From NCBI GenBank assembly GCA_013239625.1, contig MU054400.1, positions 2,578,282-2,642,281 of the forward strand: 64,000 bases of DNA, read 5' to 3'. The notes beneath the pieces are model-generated. The model had not been told where the DNA came from and ran no database searches. It saw only the letters and a list, made by a program, of their open reading frames with translations. Shown one piece after another: positions 39,746 to 49,830 of the stretch. How positions within the stretch are numbered: the first letter of the stretch is position 1; every line of letters starts with the position of its first letter. The DNA is from Lama guanicoe (lineage: Eukaryota). The position numbers and the translations under genes are program-made.

Positions 39746-40135
39746 ATATTAGTCAGTATAAGGTAGGCTATACTACAGTAACAAATTAACCCAGAGATCT
39801 CAGAGGCTTGCAGTGTAAAAATTCACTTGTCACACATACAAAAGTCACTCTGAGGCCAGGCTGTCCTCAAGGGATGACTTAACCTTTAATCTTGAGCTCC
39901 ACCCTCCAACAGAAGGCTCTCTTGGTTGCCAACACAGGGGAGAGAGAGAGAGTTGGAATGTCATGCAGGGGTTTCTCACTGCCTCAGATAAAAGTAACAT
40001 GTATACTTCCACTCACGTTTAATTGGTCAGGCCTGCCTGACTACAAAGCAGTCAGTGAGTATGGCCTTGTGTGTGCTCGGGAGAGAAAAATATGAAGAAA
40101 AGACCTAATGAAGGCAATGCATTTTCTCGTTCACA
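39746..40135 (-). mobile_element. Old MaLR LTR (MLT1J/K-like)
   Basis: TATTAGTCAGTATAAGGTAGGCTATACTACAGTAACAAAT...ATCTCAGAGGCTT...ACTTCCACTCAC. Confidence 0.7.
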
Positions 40136-40237
40136 GGAGGCAAATGCTGACTACATATTTAGTTTTAGATAACCTCACAGTTGTAAGAGTTTTAAGGCGT
40201 TATAAACAAGCTTTTTTAAAAATCACCTTCAAAAACA

Positions 40238-40545
40238 ATACTGGAGACTGGAACAACTGGATATTCATTGGAGGAAAAAAATAATCTCAATCCATTCCTT
40301 AAGGCATACACAAAAATTAATTTGATATGGGCCATAGATCTAAACTAAAAACGAAAACTAGAAATGTTCTAGCAGAAAACATAGGAGAAAATCCTTAAAC
40401 TTAGGGTAGACAAAAATTTCTTGAATAAAAAAAGCACAGATCATAAAAGAAAATAATTATAAATTGTATTTTTTCAAAGTGTGGAACTTGCTCTATGAAT
40501 GAAAATAAAAAGGCAGAGAGTCAAAGAAAATATTTAATGTATCTA
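40238..40545 (+). mobile_element. Ancient L1M ORF2 fragment
   Basis: CTGGAACAACTGGATATTCAT...CATACACAAAAATTAA...CATAGATCTAAA...CTAGCAGAAAACATAGGAGAAAATC. Confidence 0.8.
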
Positions 40546-40603
40546 TATTGAGTATATGTATACAAATATATGTATTACAGTTCGTTAACTATAATGTGCC
40601 CCT

Positions 40604-40757
40604 CAGAACTGGCTATATAACTCACAGAGCCCAGTGCAAAATGAGAAAGCAGAGCCCTTGTTCAAAAATTGTTAAGAATTTCAATACAGCAACAGTAGGG
40701 CAATAAACCAAGTGCAGGGTGTGGCTGCCCAGTTCATACACCCATGATGCCACCATG
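40604..40757. mobile_element. hAT-Tip100 MITE (MER45A-like)
   Basis: GCCCAGTGCAAAATGAGAAAGCAGAGCCCTTGTTCAAAAATTGTTAAGAATTTCAA. Confidence 0.8.
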
Positions 40758-43285
40758 GCCCCACTCACTGGGATTCTGTCTCCCCATCCTGTTCACCTTT
40801 GCATCCCAAGCACACAGAATATCTGACACATGGTAGACACTGGATGAATATATTTGTGGAATGTTATCCAACATGTTCTATAAAAAAAAAACTTTGATAA
40901 TTTTATTTTTGAAAATTCGATTTATTTTCAAAAATACATTTATTGCATGAAATACTCGTATGCACGTATTTAAATGCAGGAGCAGGTGATATTGTCCACC
41001 TAGTGTATTACATGTGAGTGTTCACTTTTCTTCATCCTTTTTCCTTTCTGCTCCTCAGCTCGATCATTTCAGTTGTCCTATCATCAAGTTGGCTGTTGCT
41101 TTCTTCTGCCTGCTCAGATTAGCTGTTGAACCCCTCCGTTGGCTATTCCTGTTGTGGGCGAGGCAGGCTCTTCATCCCCTGGCAATGATTCTGGCCACGT
41201 CCCTTGTGTCCTCATAGTCACAATCTTCTGAGCACCTTTGCTGGATGCAGCCACTTCTGGGCCCTCAGTCTAGGGCTCCTAACTCTGCTCCCTGCACATC
41301 CCAGGCTGCCACCCCGTTCCTCCCCTGCTTGTGTCAGAAGCTGCCCCTCCTCCCAATACAAACACTCAGTAGGATGGCACTCCATGGAGAGAAAGGTGGG
41401 AAAGGCGATCTGACTTCCTTAGGTTAAATTTACTACGGGTGTATCCAAGCGGCGTGCCTCGTGTCTCAGTGTCCGAGCGCACTTGGTGGAAGGGCACTTG
41501 TGGTGTTTACTTTTTTTTTTTTTTTTTGACTTTCCCTCCACACCTGCAGACTCACACACCCACATAAAATTCAGTTAGATTAAGGTTTGGAGACACATCT
41601 TTGTAACACAATGCTAGGCTTTTCTGCCAGCTCAAGGTTGTCTCAAATTCCCTTTCTTAAGAATCCTTTCCCATAAAACTCTGTAGGCCTTCACGGAATG
41701 GATTTTTCTGGAAGGCCACACCCTGTGGGTTTATCAGACAAGCTCAGACAGTTCTCTCCCAGCACGAAACACACTGACAACACCTGCCCTGTCGCCCCAT
41801 CCATCTCGACTTGCTGAATATCTAAGGATATACCTTGTTTTCCCTTAGTTTCCACTGAACTTTATTCAGATCATCTGGGACAGTCAATGACTCATTTAGT
41901 ACAATGGAGAGCCTACTTTTATAATTAACCAAACTTATTTAACAGTTTTATGTATTCAGGTTTCATATAGGTGTCATGTGTGCTCAGAGTCCACCTTAAG
42001 GAACAGAGTGTAGCTGTGTGTGCATATCTGTCATGTCCTGACGGGTCATATTGGCCAGAATTAGAGGGAACAGCAGATCATGTTCTGGCAAAGATCTGGT
42101 TCCAGGCCACTCCCCGCATGGTGGCAGGAAAAAAACAAACAAGTCATTAAGTACAAATAGGTTGTGAATTTTAAGTCATGATGATTAATCCACAGATTTT
42201 ACATTTAAAAAGCAAAAAAATGCCTCATGTCAAAAAATAAACTTCAGCTAAAACCTCTGATGGGCTTTTCAAAAGACTTTTGAAAAGAAAAATTAACTCC
42301 ATCTTAAAAGCCAGCACAGCTAATGGCATTTGTACAGGATTTACCATGTGCCAGGCACTCTTAAGCGTATTACAAACATAAGCTCATTGAATCCAGAGGA
42401 CAGCCCTATGATGTGGGCACTTTTAGGTACTGTTTCCTAGTTCACATCTACACAGGACTTTCCTGCTTTTTTGCAAATACGCACTCCTGTTTAGAGAAAT
42501 GGGCCATGGTGTTTATTTTGCATTAGAATGTGTGTATAATTTCAAACTATGTGGACAAGTCATCATAATTTTTCCCAACAACAATCAGCAAATGAATGCA
42601 ATATTCCTCTAATAATAGTTCTCGTTAAGTCTGTTAGCAGGTTTAAAAGATTTTTTAAATAATTTAATAATAAATTTAAAAATAAAAATTTAAAAATTTA
42701 AATAAAAGAATAAAAAATAACTGCCTTAGAGAAGAGCAAATATAAGGATAACCTATCATTTTGTCAGGTTAATTGGTCTAATGAAGACAGTGGCCGTAAA
42801 TTAAATAAGCAGTTGGGAAGACATGAATGTTAACCTCTCAGAAACTGTTCATGTGCACTGACCAGCCATCCCATATATGCACACATCAGCCACACGTATC
42901 TTTCACTGCAGGTGGTTAATGGCTTGCGTATGGCTTAGGTTTCCTGGTTTGCTAACTAACTATCCTGCCCACATAAACATACCCCTGATTGTCAAACCAC
43001 CCATCCTGGTAATCATGGCAGAAGCTGCTGTCACTAGATGATAGGCCAAGTGCTCATAAGCACTGTTGGGTGTCATTATAATTGAGGCAAATTAGGCTTT
43101 TTTACCCCAGCAATCAATAGTTTTATCTAATTTTTTTAAAAGTGATATTTATGGTTTTTCTAACCATGCAAACATTTAGAGTATGTCATTCTTTCCCTTT
43201 ACATTCTACAGTTGATCTCAAGATCTTCTCCACATTAGGGTTATAAAAGCATTCACTTATATTAATTTTATCTTAACAGTTTTAA

Positions 43286-43481
43286 AAATTGAAGTACAGT
43301 CAGTGACAATGTGTCAATTTCTGGTGCACAGCACAATGTCCCAGTCATGTACATATATACATATATTCATTTTCATATTCTTTTTCATTAAAGGTTATCA
43401 CAAGATATTGAATATAGTTCCCTGTGCTATACAGAAGAAACCTGTTTTTTCTTAAATCTATGTTTATACATAGTGGCTAAC
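43286..43481 (-). mobile_element. Short L1 3' end with long TSD, inserted in an older L1M relic
   Basis: L1 3'UTR; flanking direct repeats 43261-43285 and 43482-43506 match at 23/25 positions. Confidence 0.9.
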
Positions 43482-44679
43482 ATTAATTTTACCTTAACAT
43501 TTTTAATCTATCTGGAAGTTATCTTGGTATATGACATTAAGAACTGATTTAGCTAGTCCAATTATTTTTTCACTAATTAATCCATATTTCCTGCTTTTGG
43601 GAAATATTTAGTATTTTTAGTAGGGGTAGATACACCAAGACATTGTACTTTTCAGGTGACACTGAAGTCCAGGACCATTGGTAGCATAAGAACCATGTGC
43701 TGTTTTCCCCATAGCAGTGCTGCATTTCTGAACTGTCCGTCCTGGCCTTGTCAGTGTTGTCACCAATGTCACCTTTCTCTGCGATCTGGAAAAGTTTTCT
43801 TCTTTGACCAAAAGCATGATGTGGGCCTTGGGAATATCAGGTTCCACCTGAAAACTAAATCGACAAGTTATTGGCACCAGTGAACAAATGAAGAGAGCAG
43901 AAAACCTTTCTTCTGAAGCAGCCAAACAAGTAACCGGCTCCACATGAGGTGAGAAGCCTTCCAGGAGAGGGCGCCAGGGTGAGGATCAGAATGATGGGAG
44001 ACGTCTTTGTGTCACATCACTGAACATACCCCATCAACGGTCATGGCCACAAGCTGGGCGGATCTCAGCTTGCTGCACAGTCTGTGTGAAGTTCAGGAAA
44101 TAACAAACGTGGAAGGAGATCACACAAACCCCCACCTGATGTGATGGAGCGGCAGCCCTTATGGTGAGGAGATTCTCTTTTATATCTAGTTGACGTGTGC
44201 TCATTGAGTTTAGTTGGGTCTCCTCTGAAAACCGGTGCCTGCGGCTTGCGCTTCTCTGCGCTGTGGGCTGCAGGATAGCAGACGTTGTCCTCCAAGCCTC
44301 TCTTCTTTCACAAGAGAAGCCTCTTTTTATTTGGATAAAGTGACCTCATGATCTGAGCCGATTATAAAATTTAACATGAGAGGGACCAGCAGGATGCGGC
44401 ATCAGATTTTCCAGAGGTCCTGACAAAATCTTTTCTTCCTTTTTGAATCAGAGGATGTTTAAAAACATAGAATGTGCCATATTTTTTCTTGTCTCTGTTT
44501 AAAATAGAACCTTGTTGATTGAATTCTATTCTAAATTCCATTTGAGAAGAATGTGTATTTGTCTCCTCTTGGTATTCATTTATGCAGCTATTAATTCAAT
44601 TCATGTTTATTGAACAGATATTATGTGACAGGACTAAAACTAAAACTAATAGTCCGAAAACTATTAGGACTTAAACTAG

Positions 44680-44890
44680 TATTTGAGTTTCTGCCAGGTA
44701 CCGTGCTAGGTGATTTGAGAATACTTCCTCATTTACTCTGCGAGAGAGTTTTGTGAGAGAGGTATTACCATACCCACGCGTGTGCAGAAACCAAGGGACA
44801 GAGAGATGAAGTGCCTTACTCAAGGACACGCAGCAGTTGTGTGTTGAACCTGGGATTTAAAGGCAATATCTCAGAGTTCATGGTCCATTT
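44680..44890 (-). mobile_element. MIR
   Basis: TGCCAGGTACCGTGCTAGGTG...GAAACCAAGGGACAGAGAGATGAAGTGCCTTACTCAAGGACACGCAGC. Confidence 0.75.
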
Positions 44891-44929
44891 GTTCTTCCTG
44901 CTCTAGCAGGAAGTGATTCTTCTTTTCGA

Positions 44930-47300
44930 AAGTACCTTCTTATTTCTCTCTGATTTAATTGCCTCACTGTGGGAGAACATGGCCTGTGTGGTATCTATTC
45001 ATTGGATTTGTTGAGGCCTCCTCTGTGACCGAGCACAGTCTATTTCTATAAATATTCCATGTTTACTTGACGAGATTGTACATTCTCTGCTAGTGCGAGG
45101 CCACAAAAATCCATTAGATTAAGCTTGTTAACTTGGCTGTTTAAAGCTTCTGCCTCTTTATTAACCTTTCGTCAGCTTGGTCTATCAGATTCTGTTAGAA
45201 GATGTTAAAGTCACTCACCATGACCGTGTATTTGTCAAATTCTTTTTGCCATTCTCTTAGTTTTGCTCTCTCTCTCTCTCTCTCTATGTATATGTGTTTG
45301 ACTCTGTCGGCAGTTGTATAGAAACTCATGATTTTTATATTTTCCTGATAGATTGTTCTAATCACTATTATATGGGGTTCTAAATTGTCTCTCTTAAAGC
45401 TTTTCCCCTGAGATTCTATTTATCTAATCCAAATATTGGTATACCAGCTTTGTTTTTGCTAGATATTTGCTTGGTTATCTATCTATCTGTCTATCTATCT
45501 ATCTATAAATCAATCCATCTCTAAAGATGATGTAAAATGAGGTGATAGAATGAAAAAATATTAAATTTATATTATAAAAATCTATTTATGTATTACATTT
45601 ATATTATTATATAGATCTTTTCTGTCTATCACCTCATGTTATGCCTTCCTGTGAATTTTATTTTAGGTATGCTTTTTGTAACCAGCACAGGTTTTTTTCA
45701 TAGAATGATAACTGTAATCTCCCCATCTTTACATTGGTATATTTGCTATTTTGTTGTATGTAATGGCAAAGCAACATACATCTGAAAGGAGTGCTTGATA
45801 TAGTAACACTACTTACATATGGTACCTACAGTAACTATGGATGCCTACACACTATATTTACAGTAATTATAGTAAGTATAGCAGAATTGATGTTCAGTGA
45901 TGACAACCATTATTCTCCTTTGGATAGTGTTCAGCCAACCCCAGTTTTTGCTGCCAGCATCCCTTCTAGATTTTCCTGGTAACCCCAGATGTCTTATTTT
46001 TAATGCGTTCACACGAATGCTGTCTTTTAATAACAAGTTGCATTGTGAACACTGCTGAGCTGGAGTTACCGTTTGCCACCTTATTTTGTGACCTTTCACG
46101 TCCTTTTTTTTTTTTTTGGAGTATGATTCTACTTTTTTATTTAAAATATAGATATGTGTGGTACCTTTCACGTCCTTTTAATTTGTGACCTTTCACGTCC
46201 TTTCACTTTGTTCCTTCCCTGTGTCTGATGGACTGATATACTTTCCTACATTCCTTTTTGGCTCCTCTGCTGGTTTGGGAGCAAAAGATTGCACTCCCTT
46301 CCTTTTAGTGGTTACCCTTAATATTTTAACATACATAGTTAGCAATTTAGCTTTCTAACATTATGGCAAATTTTGTCCACCCCAAACCCTCAAGAGACTC
46401 ACCTACATTTTGCTATGGTGTGTGTTTCTCAAATTGCAATTCATCTGCTGTTCTGGGACAAATGCAATTTCTGGTCATTTGAGCTTGCCTTAGTTTACCT
46501 CTTTATTTAGGTTGACGAGATTAAAGACTGAACCCGCACAACAGAATGTAAGCCATATTCTGGCCCAGCTTTATAAAAGAGCTAACTTTTAAAAATTATG
46601 GTCTTTGAGAAGCCAGAGTTCGCGTTATCTTGAACTTCCAGTGACTGCTGTGTTCTTTCTGCTCTTCTCCAAGACACTTATTTTGCATTTTGTCTGGAAA
46701 AGATTCTGAAGTGAAGGCATAGTCCCTCTGATTTTCTTGAAATACTTTGGTTCCTTTGTATTCTGTTCCGGATGTTCCCATATTAGTTCCTGTGTTCAAG
46801 CTCTTACTTCCTTTTTTAAATTAGTTGAAGAGCTCATCTAATGATTTCAGTATGCCCGATGTTTTGACTGAGTTGCCTGAACATTTCCAAGAGTCTCATA
46901 TCTTGATATATCCTTGCTATCTCTTTATATCCTTTTGCACAGGAACTCTCCATTCTGATCCTAACACCACTGTGTGACATTTCTACCCCTTGCCAGAGGT
47001 GACAGAGTCTCTATGTGCTGGAACAACTCAGTGATGATTGGCCCATCTTGTAATTTTGTCTAGAGTTTCAGTTTTGCCTTTTGCACCATCTCCATCCCCA
47101 CATCCAGCTGCATGTCCACCCCTAGTTCATCTGTCTCTCCGTGAACCTTTCAATTTCTCTCTCCCCATCTTGCCTACTCCTTTGCCCCGGCTCCTCTGTT
47201 CATCAGTTTGTGCTTCTCTTCTGCCTCTTGTCCGCAGGCATGTTTGTCTTTTGTTGGAGTCTGGCTGTGACTTCTTTGTTTTACTTCAAAAAACAAATCT
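44930..47300 (-). mobile_element. Highly degraded ancient L1M (ORF2 5' / ORF1 region), fragmented
   Basis: AATATTCCATGTTTACTTGA...GTACATTCTCTGCT, TGTTAAAGTCACTCACCATGACCGTGTATTTGTCAAATTCT, TTTTAGTGGTTACCCTTAA; extent approximate. Confidence 0.6.
46108..46162 (-). pseudogene. Micro-retrocopy: 45-nt polyadenylated 3' end plus A-tail, with 17-bp TSD
   Basis: TSD ACCTTTCACGTCCTTTT at 46091-46107 and 46163-46179; TTTT/AA nick site; minus-strand AATAAA 18 nt upstream of the poly(A). Confidence 0.75.
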
Positions 47301-48101
47301 ATCACTGTTAGTTATTCAGGTAGCAGGGGTGTGTCAGAACTTGATGTTAAAGAGCTGTCTTGGCTGGAATTGTCTTGCATAATTTTTAAAGTATCCTAAA
47401 TAATCCTTGGTCTTAGGAGGAGCCCTCTTTTTGAAAAGTGCAAGTCTTGTGGTTGCCGTTTGTTTTTCTTATATGTGAATGACTCCCGATTCGCCAGTCC
47501 TTTGTTTTTACCTATAACTGAGGTTCTATTCACTGTCAGTGTGGTCCTTAGCACACACTATATCTTTGTTGAAGGTGCCCAGCTGGCTGCAGCCCCGCAG
47601 CCTGCAGGTAGAGGGCAGACTGCATCTCAGCCCCTGCTCACCCCTGCCCAGGTGCCTTTGTGCATCACAGAAACGGGATTCACCATCCAGTGGCTCTGTT
47701 CACAGAAAACTTGCTAAGTGAATGACTAAGGGTTGCTAATAGTTGGCGCTTATAAAGTACAATTAGCACGTTGGTTTACTGATGGCATTCTCAGAATTCT
47801 TACCAAGAAGCTGGGTTGCTAGGCATTCGTGCAGAGGTTTTCGTGTTGTGCATGCACTGATAGTCAGAATTCCCCTGGCACTTGGACTCTGATCACAGAA
47901 GTTTGATGTTTCTTGCAGTAGATTATACTCGGTGTTTTGGGCAGGACTCTAGAGGGAACCCAGATCTTTCATCATAAATTTTATCCCATTATTTTATACC
48001 CTAAATGTGAATCCAGGTGGAAGCGGCAGAAACCTCAATACTGTAATGGAAGCTAATAATAACATCAGTCAAGAGAATTGCAGGTCACTAATATGTGTTA
48101 A

Positions 48102-48286
48102 CAGAGGTGTGCTGGTAAGTGTCGAACGACTGGCTTTCTGAAAAGAAAAGGGTGATATGTAGTGTCTGCAAATTTCTGTAGTGTCAATACTTCCACTCTA
48201 GCAGATTAGAAGCTGTCACTGCATTGATATCAGTGAATATGAAGTTAGGAAGAGAGACATTTAAAATTGCCTCCAGCACACCACCA
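48102..48286. mobile_element. hAT-Blackjack MITE (MER63A-like)
   Basis: TIRs CAGAGGTGTGCTGG / CCAGCACACCAC and matching internal sequence. Confidence 0.8.
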
Positions 48287-49499
48287 GGTCACAGGTAAAA
48301 TAGGACGTTGATATTTGTGTTCCAACTATTAGTGACAATTTTGAAACTGGATTTTCTTTCTTTCTTTTTTTTTTTGAAACTGGATTTTCAAAGTTCAAAG
48401 AATCATCAGTCCAAAGGAGTCTTCAGCAGGCAAACAGTCACCACGTGGGAGTCTTGTGCTGTGCACCGTGCAGTCCCAGATGGCCAAGAGCTGTGGCCGA
48501 CAGCAGATCTGAGGGGCAGGTGACAAAGCCTATGTGTACGTTCTTTTATCTGTAGCCTGTAAAGATGAGTGGCTCCTACTCTAGGGATATTAGTTTGAAG
48601 AGGCTGTCTAACTTGAATTTAGAAAATTGTAAGTGGTTTTCAAAGACATTACTGTGGGCACTTGCGTGTTTCCCATCTTTCCTGTGGGCAGCATGGTTCT
48701 CCCATGGGAATTTTGGTCATCTTATCTTCCCCTGGTTCTGTCAACCATTTATGTGCCATCTTTATGGTTCGTGTATTTGGCGTCACACTCAGTCTGGTAA
48801 TTTCGTATGAAGCTCTGGACTTCTTGGCTGCCTTACCTTATCAATGTGTGCCTTTTGGAGTTGTGATGAATGGTGAATCTTCCTTTTCTCTTTTCATTTG
48901 AGAAGGTTGTAACTTTTTCCTGAATTTACACAGATGTCGTTGACAGTATTTTGTGTTACTTCTCAAAGTGGCAGCCTTAGAATACATCATTTACTTGCTT
49001 GAATTTTATATTTCTAGCAAAACCTTGGAGAAAGATCTATGTGAAATCTTTTTCCCCCACCCCTGCTTTCTTTTAGATTGTTTTGCTCATTACTTGAAAG
49101 AGGGAGGTAACTGGTAGACATGCATGTAACTGAATGCATTTGTGAATTCAGCTTTTATAATTTTATCTTGAATATTTGCATAATTCTTTTATACAGTCTC
49201 TCCTTCTCTTCCCCCTGCCCCCCTCCCCTCCGACCTCGACTTCTTTTTTAAAACAGGTTTCCACAGTGACTACCCCGGGGTGGTTGAAGTTTTCACCCAT
49301 GTCAAAAAGCTCCAGATTGAATTCTGCTAAAATATAAATATGGAATTTGCCTTCAAGCAAAGGTAAGCCTCTTCCCCAGTAGCAATGTTTTGTTTAGTTT
49401 TCAACAAAACATCTGTTGACAGATGACCCACATTTTTATTGATTTCCTATATCACACTTCACAGAACACATGTTTTGGAACAAACACCAGAACCTAAAT

Positions 49500-49830
49500 C
49501 AACACTTTCCCAAATGGCGGTCCTCAAAAAGTTCATCTAGAGATTCCAGTAGCCCTAGAAGGAAGTATGTGTTCCAAGATCAAAACAGTTTTGGAAAATG
49601 CTGCGTACTCTATTTTCTCTCAGTGATTTACAGTACTTAGTACCCATTCAAGCCAGTAGTTCAGTAGTTAAAGAAACACACACAGCTGACAAAGACACAC
49701 ACACACACACACACACATTTATTTAACCCAATGTTATGAAATATCTTGAGAAGAGTTTTTTTTTAATACCATATCTTTAAATACCCTTTGAAAGGATGTT
49801 CTGTGGAATACCAGTTTGGAAATTTGTCCT
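49500..49830. mobile_element. hAT-Charlie MITE (MER112/MER113-like) with internal (CA)n
   Basis: CACTTTCCCAAA...GTTTTGGAAAATGCTGCGTACT...TGTTCTGTGGAATACCAGTTTGGAAAT. Confidence 0.6.

Noticed and set aside
41886..41896. Perfect AP-1 site AATGACTCATT
   Set aside because: A single short motif without supporting context
43617..43943. 108-aa minus-strand ORF with an internal TTTTCAG acceptor
   Set aside because: No homology that I recognise and no good donor site
46091..46203. CRISPR-like repeat-spacer array (three 16-bp repeats)
   Set aside because: Mammalian context, very unequal spacers, no cas genes; explained by a TSD plus a tandem duplication
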